From NCBI GenBank assembly GCA_964579645.1, contig CAZOHL010000005.1:1-55227 (forward strand): DNA of 55,227 bases, given 5' to 3'. Origin of the DNA: an uncultured Rikenella sp. (GTDB lineage Bacteria > Bacteroidota > Bacteroidia > Bacteroidales > VadinHA17). Position numbers and translations under genes: made by a program. Below are positions 38,328 to 49,049 of the stretch, in pieces. Within the stretch, counting starts at the first letter, position 1; every line of letters begins with the position of its first letter. The notes under the pieces are model-generated. The model did no database searches. It was not told the origin of the DNA and saw only the letters and a program-made list of their open reading frames with translations.

Positions 38328-40586
38328 ATGAAACATCTAATAACACTAATATCAATTCTATTCATACCTGCCTTAATGGTGGCACAGGGCCGCCTGGAGG
38401 GCAAGGTTGTTGTCGCCAGTGGTGACGGTGCCACTGACGGAGAAGGTCTGCCCGGCGCAAACGTTGTCTGGGCCGGAACAACCGTCGGAGCCTCCGCCAA
38501 CGCAGCAGGCTATTTCACAATCAGGAAAGTAAAGGATCACAACCTCCTTGTAGCCAGTTTTGTCGGTTATACGCCTGACACAGTCTCTGTTGACCCCGGC
38601 GAGGATTACATAGAGATCACCCTGGATGAAAACAGCATGATGAGTGAGATCACTGTAATAGGTCGGGCAACCGGAACTCACATCGACCGTGAGGCCACAA
38701 TCGCTACCGTAAACATCACTGCCGCTGAGCTTTGCAAAGCAGCGTGCTGCAACCTTTCGGAAAGTTTTGTTACAAACGCTTCAGTAGATGTCAACTACGC
38801 TGATGCCGCCACCGGCGCAAAACAGATCCAGCTTCTCGGCCTTGCCGGCTCATACGTACAGATACTGACTGAAAACATCCCGGCTATGTACGGTCTGGGA
38901 GCTGCATACGGACTGAGCTATATCCCCGGCCCTTGGATGGAGTCGATACAGGTCTCCAAGGGCACCTCCTCGGTGCGAAACGGAAATGAGTCGATCACCG
39001 GGCAGATTAATGTCGAGTACAAGAAGCCTGCAACTAGTGAGATCGCATTTGTAAATGGCTTCGTGAGTGATGCAGGCAAAATCGAGACCAATGCAAATGC
39101 TTCGGTTAAACTGAATCCGTACTGGAGCACCATGCTGCTTGGACACGGAGAAACACAGTCAGGCGCCAGTGACCACAACAAGGACGGATTCCGGGATGAA
39201 CCGGATGTCAGACAGTACAGTTTCATGAACCGGTGGGACTACCTCAGCAATAACCTGACCTTCCGTGCAGGCATCAAGTATATGAACGAGGAGAGGATAG
39301 GCGGCCAGTTCGATTACAGCCGCAATGACCCAAACACATGGGACAGCGGATACGGGATAAACATGGCCACGGAGAGGGCTGAGGCCTTCACCAAACTGGG
39401 CGGCATGTTCGGACCTTCGGATAATATGTCGCTGGGTTGGATACAAAGCGCCACCTTCCATCAGATCGACTCCTGGCTGGGATACAACCAGTATGATGCA
39501 ACGCAAAAAAGCTATTACACAAACATTCTTTACCAGTACTTCCCGGCCGAGAAGCACACTGTTGACGCCGGCGCCAGCTACCGGTTTGACCATTATGACG
39601 AATTGCATGGCATTTTCGGACCCGTTACCGGACAGGTCCTGACCGCCTTAAATGCTGAAACGATCGAATCAGTGCCTGGAGTCTTCGTTCAGTACACCTA
39701 CACTGATTCCGCGAAAGTGACCCTGCTGGCCGGAGCCAGGTATGATTTCTACCGTCATCACGGTGCACAGTTCACACCGCGCCTCCACCTGCGCTATGAG
39801 ATCACGCCCCATCTGACTCTCAGGGCTTCAGCAGGAAAAGGCTACCGGACAGTCCACGTACTGGCTGAAAATATGTACTTCCTTTCAAGCAGCAGGCAAA
39901 TGGTGATTGAAGATAACCTCGACATTGAAGAAGCATGGAACGCAGGAATCAACCTTACAGGGTATGTCCACATCGGTAGCCGGGAGCTGAGGCTGACCGG
40001 TGAAGCTTACCGGACAAGTTTCGTCAGGCAGATTGTAACCGACCTTGACTCTGACGTTGACAGGGTGTCGTTTTACAACCTCGACGGAAAATCATACTCC
40101 AATGTCTTCCAGCTTGAGGCACAGATGCAGCCTGTGACAGGACTGGACATCACCGCTGCCTGGCGCTGGAATGACGTTCGGCAGACTATAGGCGGTGAGC
40201 TTCGCGAGAAACCGCTGTCATCACGCTACAAGGGACTTCTCACAGCTTCATACACAACACGGATGAGGAAGTGGCAGGCAGACTACACCCTTCAGTACAA
40301 CGGCCCCGGCAGAATGCCCTCAACAATGGCAAACCCCGAACCTTACAGGAGGCATGAATCCTTCAGCGCCTACCCTGTAATGAATGCCCAGGTGACCAGG
40401 TATTTCAGGAAATGGAGCGTCTATATCGGCGCCGAGAACATTACCGGTTCAAGGCAACATGATGCAATTATTGCAGCCGATGATCCTTTTGGCCCGTATT
40501 TTGACGGATCAATGATATATGGCCCGGTTCACGGCAGGAAGCTTTACGCCGGTTTCAGGTTCGCACTCGACAGAATTCAGAATTGA
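38328..40586 (+). CDS. TonB-dependent outer-membrane receptor (non-SusC type)
   Basis: 752 aa. Signal peptide, carboxypeptidase-regulatory-like N-domain (GRLEGKVV...LPGANVVW...GYFTI), plug, barrel, and C-terminus YAGFRFAL. Confidence 0.85.
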   Translation: MKHLITLISILFIPALMVAQGRLEGKVVVASGDGATDGEGLPGANVVWAGTTVGASANAAGYFTIRKVKDHNLLVASFVGYTPDTVSVDPGEDYIEITLDENSMMSEITVIGRATGTHIDREATIATVNITAAELCKAACCNLSESFVTNASVDVNYADAATGAKQIQLLGLAGSYVQILTENIPAMYGLGAAYGLSYIPGPWMESIQVSKGTSSVRNGNESITGQINVEYKKPATSEIAFVNGFVSDAGKIETNANASVKLNPYWSTMLLGHGETQSGASDHNKDGFRDEPDVRQYSFMNRWDYLSNNLTFRAGIKYMNEERIGGQFDYSRNDPNTWDSGYGINMATERAEAFTKLGGMFGPSDNMSLGWIQSATFHQIDSWLGYNQYDATQKSYYTNILYQYFPAEKHTVDAGASYRFDHYDELHGIFGPVTGQVLTALNAETIESVPGVFVQYTYTDSAKVTLLAGARYDFYRHHGAQFTPRLHLRYEITPHLTLRASAGKGYRTVHVLAENMYFLSSSRQMVIEDNLDIEEAWNAGINLTGYVHIGSRELRLTGEAYRTSFVRQIVTDLDSDVDRVSFYNLDGKSYSNVFQLEAQMQPVTGLDITAAWRWNDVRQTIGGELREKPLSSRYKGLLTASYTTRMRKWQADYTLQYNGPGRMPSTMANPEPYRRHESFSAYPVMNAQVTRYFRKWSVYIGAENITGSRQHDAIIAADDPFGPYFDGSMIYGPVHGRKLYAGFRFALDRIQN

Positions 40587-40612
40587 TAACATTATTACAA
40601 AATTTCAGCACA

Positions 40613-40954
40613 ATGAAAAGCAATCTTATAATCACAGCGGTTCTTCTCTTCCTCTTCTCCTCAATCACACTCAGCGCCCAGGAGAAAAACAAGAAAGATC
40701 TCTCCACGGTACGGTTTGAGACAAGCATTGACTGCCAGAACTGCGTCAACACAATAATGAAGAATGTCCCTTTTGAAAAGGGCGTAAAGGATGTGAAATG
40801 CGATCTCGCAACCAAAGAAGTCACCGTGCAGTACCAGAAGGACAAGATCTCCCCTGAAACACTGAAGAGGTCAATTGAAAAGCTTGGCTTCACCGCCAGG
40901 GAAGTGACTGAAAAGAAAAAGGAAGAAGGAACTCCGCAGGGGAGCAGGCAGTAA
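40613..40954 (+). CDS. Secreted heavy-metal-associated (HMA) domain protein
   Basis: Signal peptide MKSNLIITAVLLFLFSSITLSAQ. ferredoxin-like HMA fold with metal motif DCQNC. ...KEVTVQYQKDKISPETLKRSIEKLGF. Confidence 0.7.
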   Translation: MKSNLIITAVLLFLFSSITLSAQEKNKKDLSTVRFETSIDCQNCVNTIMKNVPFEKGVKDVKCDLATKEVTVQYQKDKISPETLKRSIEKLGFTAREVTEKKKEEGTPQGSRQ

Positions 40955-41235
40955 TGCCCGGGTAACCGGGGCTAAGTGAAAAGTCACGGTTCAGTTAAAT
41001 ATTATGACGGACCCGTAGTGGTCCGTCTGGCCGGGGACATATTATCCGGAGGGGAAACGTGGAAATATAGAACCGGCAGGCCTGTCATGTCATCGACACC
41101 GGGGGGAGTCATGCATGGCAGGCTGTTTTATCCCGGGAGATAAACCCTTATTATGAGGTGTATCCCGGGCGCAGATGATCAGGATAATTCCTTATTTTTA
41201 TAGTTGAAATTAATTCTGAATTTAAATCAATCCCG

Positions 41236-42789
41236 ATGAAGTTTTCCCGGATCACCCTGTGCATTTCAATCTGCATCATCTTTGCACTTGCCGCCTCATG
41301 CAAAAGCCGGAAGCAGTTTGACGCGTCGCTTCCCCGCAGCACCCCTGAGGCTGAGGGAGTATCATCAGCAGGCCTCCTTACTTTCCTCGACTCTGCGGCT
41401 GCCGACAGGCATGAGTTTCACAGTATTATGGTCATCCGCCACGGGAAGGTGGTTGCGGAGGGGTGGTGGGCCCCTTACAGGCCGGATCTCAGGCACACGC
41501 TCTACTCCACAAGCAAGAGTTTCACTTCCACTGCAGTCGGGTTTGCAGTTGCTGAAAAACTGCTGAGTGTCGAAGATACCGTGATATCTTTCTTTCCGGA
41601 CCAGTTGCCTGACACTGTCTCTCCCTTGCTCTCCATGATGACGGTAAAGGACCTGCTGACAATGTCTGCAGGGCAGGCCCCGGATCCTACAGGCAGAATC
41701 ACCTCTTCTTCCGGAAGTTGGGTAAAAGATTTCCTTGCCACGCCAGTGCTCAAAGAGCCAGGGACAGAGTTCCTGTATAACTCAATGGCCACATTCATGC
41801 TCTCGGCAATTGTACAGAAGGTCACCGGTGAAAGAATTGCCGACTACCTGCAGCCACGCCTTTTTGAACCGCTGGGCATTGAGGGTTATGACTGGGAGGA
41901 GAGTCCTGAAGGTATCAACACCGGCGGATGGGGATTGCGGGTAAAGACTGAAGACATGGCTAAGTTCGGCCTCCTTTACCTGCAGAAAGGGATGTGGAAC
42001 GGAAAGCAGGTACTCCCTGCAGCATGGGTTGAGGAAGCCACCACCTTCAAGATAGACCAGGCGCCGGGCGCATCGCCCGGGGAAAAAGCAGAGAGCGACT
42101 GGAAACAGGGATACTGCTATCAGTTCTGGCGCAGCCGTAACAACTCATTTAGAGCCGACGGTGCCTACGGGCAATACATCATTGTACTGCCTGAAAAGGA
42201 TGCCGTAGTGGCCATCACCGCCGAATCACCTGACATGCAGGATGAGATTAACCTGGTATGGGATCATATTCTTCCTGCCCTGAAAGAGGGCCCGCTGCCT
42301 GAGGATAAGGAGACACTTGCTATTCTTCAGGAACGGCTCGCTAACCTTACGCTGCCGCTTCCGTCAGAAAAACCTGATTCGCAAATTGCTTCCGCGATAT
42401 CCGGAAAGAAATTCATGCCCGAAGATACTCAGCCTGGTATGAAATCCTTCTCAGTACTGTTTGCAGGCGACACATGCAGGCTGTCGCTGGAGATGAACGG
42501 AGAGAATTATGACATACCCTCAGGCAGGGGCAGATGGATTGAATCTGAGACCCGCCTTGCCGGACCGAACCTGATAAGCCAGCCGGGCGGATCCGCTTCG
42601 CATCGTATTGCTGCAGCCTACGAATGGAAAGACGACGGCACCCTTGAGATGACTCTCAGGCACATTGAGAGTCCGCACCATACGAGAATCAATTGTACTT
42701 TTAAAGGTGACACGGTTGTAATTAAGACGAGACTGAGTCCTCCCCCGGGATTCGACATCCCTCCGGTGAAAGCAGTCATCGGGAATTAA
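41236..42789 (+). CDS. Serine hydrolase of the beta-lactamase/PBP4* (class C-related) family, lipoprotein
   Basis: Lipobox LAASC. SxxK motif YSTSKSFTS, YxN motif LYNSMA. Extra C-terminal beta domain. Confidence 0.75.
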   Translation: MKFSRITLCISICIIFALAASCKSRKQFDASLPRSTPEAEGVSSAGLLTFLDSAAADRHEFHSIMVIRHGKVVAEGWWAPYRPDLRHTLYSTSKSFTSTAVGFAVAEKLLSVEDTVISFFPDQLPDTVSPLLSMMTVKDLLTMSAGQAPDPTGRITSSSGSWVKDFLATPVLKEPGTEFLYNSMATFMLSAIVQKVTGERIADYLQPRLFEPLGIEGYDWEESPEGINTGGWGLRVKTEDMAKFGLLYLQKGMWNGKQVLPAAWVEEATTFKIDQAPGASPGEKAESDWKQGYCYQFWRSRNNSFRADGAYGQYIIVLPEKDAVVAITAESPDMQDEINLVWDHILPALKEGPLPEDKETLAILQERLANLTLPLPSEKPDSQIASAISGKKFMPEDTQPGMKSFSVLFAGDTCRLSLEMNGENYDIPSGRGRWIESETRLAGPNLISQPGGSASHRIAAAYEWKDDGTLEMTLRHIESPHHTRINCTFKGDTVVIKTRLSPPPGFDIPPVKAVIGN

Positions 42790-42790
42790 G

Positions 42791-43525
42791 TCAGACAGCC
42801 GGGGTAATTCCGGCCAGTTCCCTGATTACAACCGAAGCGCATGCAATGCCGAACGCGGCAGGCATATATGACATCGTTCCGACGCTCGATGCCTTATTGC
42901 TTTCACCGGAGCCCCGGATAATCAGGTTCTTGTCAACAACTTCCGGGCTGTAAACGGCAGTGAATCCCTCGTGAACCCCCAGCTTGTGCAGCTTTTTGCG
43001 CAGCATCCGGGCGAGATTGCAGAAATTAGTCTCAGAGATGTCTGTCACCCTGATGGCGGTAGGATCATACTTGCCACCGGCACCCATCGAGCTTACCACC
43101 CTCATGTTCAGCCTGAGAGAGTGATAGACCAGGAAAACCTTCGGTGAGAGTGTGTCGATTGCATCAACCACATAATCATATTTCTCCTCTTCGAGGATAT
43201 CGATCATCCTCTGGTCACGTATGAATTCCGGAATGATCCTGAGCCGGAGGTCAGGGTTGATATCAATCAGTCTCTCTCCCATCACTTCTGCTTTCTTCCG
43301 GCCCGTGGTTGAAGTCAGCGCCGGAAGCTGCCTGTTCCTGTTTGCAGCCGTAATCACATCACCGTCAATGATTGTCATGACTCCGACTCCGGCCCTGCAT
43401 ATCATCTCCGCTGCCCATGATCCTACGCCTCCCAGCCCTGCCACCAGGACGTGCGACTCCTTCAGCGTCTGCAGTGTCTCAGGTCCCAGCAGCATCTCGG
43501 TGCGTGACAACCATCCCTCCATCAC
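42791..43525 (-). CDS. tcdA: tRNA threonylcarbamoyladenosine dehydratase (ThiF/E1-like)
   Basis: VLVAGLGGVGSWAAEMICRAGVG..IDGD Rossmann motif, about 240 aa. Confidence 0.75.
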   Translation of the reverse strand: MMEGWLSRTEMLLGPETLQTLKESHVLVAGLGGVGSWAAEMICRAGVGVMTIIDGDVITAANRNRQLPALTSTTGRKKAEVMGERLIDINPDLRLRIIPEFIRDQRMIDILEEEKYDYVVDAIDTLSPKVFLVYHSLRLNMRVVSSMGAGGKYDPTAIRVTDISETNFCNLARMLRKKLHKLGVHEGFTAVYSPEVVDKNLIIRGSGESNKASSVGTMSYMPAAFGIACASVVIRELAGITPAV

Positions 43526-44193
43526 AGGCTGAAGTTCAGTAATGTGTTGAAATTATTCCGCACAAGGCTTTCCGCCCTTTGTTCATCATACCCCGCGGCT
43601 GCCCCGAAGAGGCGGTAGACTTCGGATATCTGCGTGCCGGAATCATCAGTCTCGAGAAGAAGCTTCTCATGGTATATGGAATCAAGCACTTCGGTGGTCA
43701 GTCCTTTTGCGCCAAGGGAGAACCAGAATCCTTCTTCGGCCAGTGAGGCAGCAAGGCTGCCGCTGCCCCTGAATCCATGGATGACCCATGGGCGGCCGGG
43801 TTTGACCTCCCTGCGCACACGCCTCAGTTCATCCCAGCCTTTGACGCAATGGATTACTACAGGCTTCCCCATTTCCGCGGCAATATGCGCCTGGAATAGA
43901 AAGGCCCGGTACTGTACCTCCCCCTGTGCCCCGCGAAGCCGGTCAAACCCGGCCTCTCCTATCACCACCACATGAGGGTGCGCTGCTGTTAAAAGCAATT
44001 CAGTCTGCATCTGTCCGAGGTTGTCATCTGTAAGCTGCCATGGATGAATGCCTGCCGAAAAGAGGGTGTTTGCTGAGAAATCAGCAGGCGCCTCATCACC
44101 TGCCATCAGGTTCCTGACGGCAACTGTGTCAGAACTGCCACCCGCTGAATGGGTGTGAAAGTCAATATATCTTATCTCCCCGGAGAGTTTCAT
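43522..44193 (-). CDS. TatD-family metal-dependent hydrolase
   Basis: IDFHTHS, IGEAGFD, VVIHCV and LLETD blocks. 4-nt overlap with tcdA. Confidence 0.75.
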   Translation of the reverse strand: MKLSGEIRYIDFHTHSAGGSSDTVAVRNLMAGDEAPADFSANTLFSAGIHPWQLTDDNLGQMQTELLLTAAHPHVVVIGEAGFDRLRGAQGEVQYRAFLFQAHIAAEMGKPVVIHCVKGWDELRRVRREVKPGRPWVIHGFRGSGSLAASLAEEGFWFSLGAKGLTTEVLDSIYHEKLLLETDDSGTQISEVYRLFGAAAGYDEQRAESLVRNNFNTLLNFSL

Positions 44194-44198
44194 CAGGG

Positions 44199-45713
44199 TT
44201 ATGATGAGAGCCGTCTGATGCCTTCATCAAGCCGGCGCAGCGTCTCCTCCCGGCCAATGAGTGCTGCTATGTCAAAGAGGTGCGGACCCCTCGAAGCACC
44301 CACAAGCAGCAGCCTGAACAGGTTCAGTATTGCACCGGTGTTGTATCCGGACGAGACAATCCACTCCTTCACGCTCTGCTCAAGCACCTCCGGTGCGAAG
44401 GGCTGCACACTGGCAACCTTCCCGCGAAGCTCGCCCATCTGCCGCGGTGAGTCGGCACTCCAGCGCTTCCTGACAACGTCAGGATCATAGCTCTCCGGAG
44501 CCACGAAGAAGAAGTCGGCCTCATGCCAGAGATCCTTTACAAAACCGGCTCTCTCCTTCACCAGTGAGATTATTCTCACCAGCGTGGCCCTGTCGGGAGT
44601 GAATCCTTTTTCCTTCACCAGGGGCATGAAGAGGTCTGCCAGTTCCTCGTCGTTTTTCATATGGAAATACCTGGCATTAAACCACTTCGCCTTATCAGGA
44701 TCAAATCGGGAGCCTGATTTGCCGACCCGGTCTATTGTAAAGGCTGCAATCAGTTCGTCCATTGTGAATATTTCCTGTTCCGTACCCGGGTTCCATCCCA
44801 GGAGGGCCAGCATGTTGACGAACGCTTCGGGGAAGTAGCCTTCTTCGCGGTAACCGGAAGCCGTTTCGCCGTATGGCCAATAGAGCGGAAACACCGGGAA
44901 CCCCATCTTGTCGCCGTCGCGCTTGCTCAGTTTGCCTTTGCCAGTAGGCTTGAGCAGCAGCGGCAGGTGGGCAAACAGTGGCGCCTCCCAGCCGAAACTT
45001 CGGTAGAGCATGACATGCAGTGGCAGTGACGGAAGCCATTCCTCTCCCCGTATCACGTGCGATATCTCCATCAGGTGATCATCAACGATGTTGGCAAGGT
45101 GGTAGGTTGGCATGCCGTCAGACTTGTAAAGCACCTTGTCATCGAGGGTTGAAGTATTCACAACAATGTCACCCCTTATCAGGTCATTGAAATGAATGTC
45201 TTCATTTTCAGGCATGCGGTATCTTACCACAAAATGCTCCCCCGAGGCAATGCGCCGCTCAACATCCCCTGCCGGGAGGGTAAGTGAGTTGCACATGCTC
45301 ATCCTTGTGGTGCAGCCGTAGTTGAAGGTCTCGCCACGAGATTCATATTCCTGTCTGAGCTTTTCGAGTTCTTCAGGCGTATCGAAGGCATAATAAGCAT
45401 CACCGCGGCGGAGGAGTTCATCAGCATAACGATGATATATTTCCTTCCTGTCGCTCTGACGGTAAGGGGCAAAAGGTCCTCCCTCACGGACACCCTCGTC
45501 TACCTTTATTCCGGCCCATTCAAGGGAGTCCATTATATAATCTTCCGCTCCGTCAACGTAGCGCGTCTGGTCTGTGTCCTCGATCCGGAGTATGAAAGTC
45601 CCGCCATGGTGACGTGCAAATAAAAAGTTATACAGTGCCGTGCGTACGCCGCCGATGTGAAGAGGGCCTGTGGGGCTCGGGGCAAAGCGCACCCTGATTT
45701 TTCTGTCTGTCAT
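44199..45713 (-). CDS. gltX: Glutamate--tRNA ligase
   Basis: [23 protein letters not shown] (HIGH) and KLSKRDG (KMSKS variant). Confidence 0.95.
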   Translation of the reverse strand: MTDRKIRVRFAPSPTGPLHIGGVRTALYNFLFARHHGGTFILRIEDTDQTRYVDGAEDYIMDSLEWAGIKVDEGVREGGPFAPYRQSDRKEIYHRYADELLRRGDAYYAFDTPEELEKLRQEYESRGETFNYGCTTRMSMCNSLTLPAGDVERRIASGEHFVVRYRMPENEDIHFNDLIRGDIVVNTSTLDDKVLYKSDGMPTYHLANIVDDHLMEISHVIRGEEWLPSLPLHVMLYRSFGWEAPLFAHLPLLLKPTGKGKLSKRDGDKMGFPVFPLYWPYGETASGYREEGYFPEAFVNMLALLGWNPGTEQEIFTMDELIAAFTIDRVGKSGSRFDPDKAKWFNARYFHMKNDEELADLFMPLVKEKGFTPDRATLVRIISLVKERAGFVKDLWHEADFFFVAPESYDPDVVRKRWSADSPRQMGELRGKVASVQPFAPEVLEQSVKEWIVSSGYNTGAILNLFRLLLVGASRGPHLFDIAALIGREETLRRLDEGIRRLSS

Positions 45714-45785
45714 ATTTTTATTGTTGCCTGAACTGATGATGGCCGCATCGCCCTATCATGTTATGGTACCGGCGGCAGCGCCTGA

Positions 45786-45793
45786 CAAAGATA
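45786..45793 (-). promoter_or_regulatory. Candidate -7 box (TATCTTTG on the minus strand) for gltX
   Basis: Plus-strand caaagata lies 73 nt upstream of the gltX start. Confidence 0.35.
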
Positions 45794-45903
45794 AATATTA
45801 TGTGGCGAAGGGCAATTTGCCCTTGCCGGCAACATTAAAAATCATATTTTGTGACCTCTATTTGTATTATTTTTACGTCATAACGAATTAATGAGTACTC
45901 CCG

Positions 45904-46938
45904 ATGAAAAAGATGAAAGCACTTGTCAAGGCACAGGCTGCCAAAGGATTATGGATGCAGGAAGTGCCTGTTCCGGAACCGGGTTACAATGATGTGATAA
46001 TAAAGGTCAGGAAATCAGCCATCTGCGGCACTGACCTTCATATATACGAATGGAATGAATGGGCACAGAAGACGATAAAGGTACCCATGACAATAGGACA
46101 CGAGTATATGGGATATGTTGAAAATGCGGGCCCGGGTGTCACAAACGTAAAGGTGGGCGACAGGGTAACCGGTGAGGGGCACCTGTTCTGCGGCACATGC
46201 CGTAACTGCCGTCGCGGCCGCGAACATGTCTGCGAGAATACAGTCGGGATAGGAGTTCACATCGACGGCTCCTTCGCAGAGTATGTCAAGGTGCCGGCAC
46301 GCAATGTCGTGCTTCTTGATCCGAGGATACCAGACGACTGGGCAGCCATCATGGATCCCTTCGGTAACGCGACACACACGGCGCTTGCCTTTCCCCTGCT
46401 GGGTGAGGATGTGCTTATCACAGGATCAGGGTTGATAGGGAGCATGGCAGTCGCCATCGCCAGGTTCGCAGGTGCGCGCAATGTTGTGGCAACCGACCTG
46501 AGCGACTACCGCCTCGAGCTGGCAAAAAAGATGGGAGCCACAATGGTTGTCAATCCGAAAAAGGGAGAGAAAATCAAGGATGTCCTTGAACCACTTCATA
46601 TGAAAGGCTTCGACGTGGGACTTGAGATGTCAGGCTCCCCTGCAGCCTTCCGTGAGATGATCGCAAACATGTACAACGGTTCCAACATCGCCCTGCTGGG
46701 CATTCTCCCCTCGAACTTCGAGGTGCCATGGAGTGACATCATTTTCAAGGCACTGACGCTTAAGGGCATCTATGGCCGCGAGATGTGGGAGACCTGGTAT
46801 AAAATGCAGATGATGATAATCGGCGGCATTAACCTTGACCCGATAATCACCCACCGGTTCCATATCGATGAGTTTCAGAAGGGTTTTGATATAATGGAGG
46901 AAGGCAACTGCGGCAAGGTTATACTGAGCTGGGACTGA
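45904..46938 (+). CDS. tdh: L-threonine 3-dehydrogenase (zinc MDR family)
   Basis: [53 protein letters not shown], and C-terminus [11 protein letters not shown]. Confidence 0.95.
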   Translation: MKKMKALVKAQAAKGLWMQEVPVPEPGYNDVIIKVRKSAICGTDLHIYEWNEWAQKTIKVPMTIGHEYMGYVENAGPGVTNVKVGDRVTGEGHLFCGTCRNCRRGREHVCENTVGIGVHIDGSFAEYVKVPARNVVLLDPRIPDDWAAIMDPFGNATHTALAFPLLGEDVLITGSGLIGSMAVAIARFAGARNVVATDLSDYRLELAKKMGATMVVNPKKGEKIKDVLEPLHMKGFDVGLEMSGSPAAFREMIANMYNGSNIALLGILPSNFEVPWSDIIFKALTLKGIYGREMWETWYKMQMMIIGGINLDPIITHRFHIDEFQKGFDIMEEGNCGKVILSWD

Positions 46939-47020
46939 CCGGAAACATGAGAAAAGTCAGTTTTGCAGCTTGGCAGTATCGAAAATAATTCTATCTTACA
47001 TGTCATTGTTACGATAACAT

Positions 47021-48733
47021 ATGGCATTGAACCCTGAACACAAATCCTATGAAGAGCTGTCGGCCAACTTCACCTGGGCCGTAGCTGAAAAAGAGCTTGA
47101 ATATAAGAACGGTGATGTAATCAACATCGGGTGGTACTGCAGCGACAGGATCTGCCTGAAAGGCAATGGATCAAAGGTTGCACTCATCTACGAAGGGTTC
47201 GGGGGAATAAGCAGGCGGTTCACCTATAATGACATCCGTATTGCAGGCAACACAATCGGTTCCTTCCTCAGGGGTATTGGCATTACAGAGGGCGACAGGG
47301 TATGCCTCTTCATGGACAGGATCCCCGAACTGTATCTCTCATTCCTTGGCATTCTTAAAATGGGGGCCATTGTCCAGCCTCTCTTTTCCGCCTTCGGCGA
47401 AGAATCCCTGTTTGTAAGACTTGAAAACGCGGGAACCAGGGCTATCATTACCCAGAAGAAACATCTCGGTAAAGTCAGGAAGATACGCCAGCAACTGCCT
47501 GACCTTGAGTTTGTGATAATCGTCGATGAAATGAAGCAGGCAGACCTCGCCCCCGGCGAAGTGCTGTTCAGCCTTGACAGGGCGGAGCCGGTGGAACAGT
47601 TTGATATCTGCCCTACCCATGCCGAGACCCCTTCTGTGCTGCATTATACTTCAGGAACCACAGGGCAGCCCAAGGGAGTAAAACATGTCCACTATTCGCT
47701 TATATCACAATACCTTACAACAAAGTGGGTCCTTGACCTGCGTGATGATGACATTTACTGGTGTACGGCAGACCCGGGATGGGTTACCGGCACATCGTAC
47801 GGTATCATAGGTCCGTGGAGCCTCGGGGTGACACAATGCGTTCTTGACATCGGTTTCTCGGCTCAGGCATGGTACCGCTTTGCCGAAAAGAACAGGATTA
47901 CAGTATGGTACTCCGCTCCCACCGCAATAAGGTCACTTATGAAGGCCGGAGATGAGATAGTGAAGTCATTTGATCTTTCATCGCTGCGCCACCTGGCAAG
48001 CGTGGGCGAACCCCTCAACTCCGAAGCCGTGATATGGTCTGAGAAAGTGTTCGGTAAACCGTTCCATGACACCTTCTGGCAGACAGAGACCGGATCAATA
48101 ATGATAACCAACTTCCCCGGGATGAAGATCAAGCCAGGGTCAATGGGCAGAACCTTTCCCGGGATAACCGGAACGGTTCTTGATCCGGTCACATACCAGC
48201 CTTATCCGGAACACGGAAGGGCCGGTCTCATAGCTTTCAGACCCGGATGGCCGGCATTGATGCGTGCCTACTGGAACAATGAGGAAAAATACAGGGAAAA
48301 ATTTGTCAACGGATGGTACCTTTCGGGCGACAGGGCAAGCATTGACAGTGAGGGCTATTACTGGTTCATCGGGCGGGATGATGATGTAATAAATACAGGC
48401 GGACATCTCGTGAGCCCGTTTGAGGTGGAATCCGCACTCCTTGAACATCCTGCCGTGGCCGAATCTGCTGTTACATCCAAACCTGATGAGATAAATATGG
48501 AGGTGGTCAAGGCATTCATTACCCTGAAGCCGGGCCATACACCCAACCCTGACCTTGAACTTGAGATCATGAACTTCATCAGGAAACGTCTTTCACCACT
48601 TGCCATGCCGCAGGCTGTGGAATTCATGGACAGGTTGCCGAAAACACGCAGCGGCAAGATAATGAGACGCGTCCTCCACGCCCGGGAATGGGGAGAGGAG
48701 ACAGGGGACCTCTCGACACTTGAAAACGACTGA
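47021..48733 (+). CDS. AMP-forming short-chain acyl ligase, Bacillus AcsA-type acetyl-CoA-synthetase homolog
   Basis: LHYTSGTTGQPKGVKH, DIYWCTADPGWVTGTSYG, WQTETG, LPKTRSGKIMRRVL. The C-terminus GDLSTLEND parallels B. subtilis AcsA end to end as I recall it. Confidence 0.85.
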   Translation: MALNPEHKSYEELSANFTWAVAEKELEYKNGDVINIGWYCSDRICLKGNGSKVALIYEGFGGISRRFTYNDIRIAGNTIGSFLRGIGITEGDRVCLFMDRIPELYLSFLGILKMGAIVQPLFSAFGEESLFVRLENAGTRAIITQKKHLGKVRKIRQQLPDLEFVIIVDEMKQADLAPGEVLFSLDRAEPVEQFDICPTHAETPSVLHYTSGTTGQPKGVKHVHYSLISQYLTTKWVLDLRDDDIYWCTADPGWVTGTSYGIIGPWSLGVTQCVLDIGFSAQAWYRFAEKNRITVWYSAPTAIRSLMKAGDEIVKSFDLSSLRHLASVGEPLNSEAVIWSEKVFGKPFHDTFWQTETGSIMITNFPGMKIKPGSMGRTFPGITGTVLDPVTYQPYPEHGRAGLIAFRPGWPALMRAYWNNEEKYREKFVNGWYLSGDRASIDSEGYYWFIGRDDDVINTGGHLVSPFEVESALLEHPAVAESAVTSKPDEINMEVVKAFITLKPGHTPNPDLELEIMNFIRKRLSPLAMPQAVEFMDRLPKTRSGKIMRRVLHAREWGEETGDLSTLEND

Positions 48734-48774
48734 TAATTAACTATATAAAAACACTAATTTTTAATACACTTTTT

Positions 48775-49038
48775 ATGGAAGAAATGAATATCAATGAAAT
48801 GAAGGAGCTGGTGCTGAAGTATGTCGTCAAAGAATACATTGATGATGACGATGTAAAGATCACCTATGAAACTCCTCTCATTTCAAGCGGTTATGTAGAC
48901 TCTTTTTCTATGGTCTCTCTTCTTGTATTTCTTGAGAACAGATTCAAGATCAAGATTCCCCCTTCAAAGGCCACACCGGAGGCTTTTGACAGTGTGAACA
49001 GCATCGTTGCACTGGTCAACCAGTACCTGAAACAGTAA
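48775..49038 (+). CDS. Stand-alone acyl/aminoacyl carrier protein, DltC-like
   Basis: 87 aa. SGYVDSFSMVSLLVFLENRFKIKIP parallels DltC LLDSFGTVELLLAIENRFDILVP, where the DS serine is the phosphopantetheine attachment site. Confidence 0.7.
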   Translation: MEEMNINEMKELVLKYVVKEYIDDDDVKITYETPLISSGYVDSFSMVSLLVFLENRFKIKIPPSKATPEAFDSVNSIVALVNQYLKQ

Positions 49039-49049
49039 ACAAAAACCCA

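Noticed and set aside
41151-41342. 63-aa minus-strand ORF in the HMA / serine-hydrolase spacer
   Set aside because: It overlaps the start of the serine hydrolase gene on the opposite strand. It has no signal, motif or promoter support.
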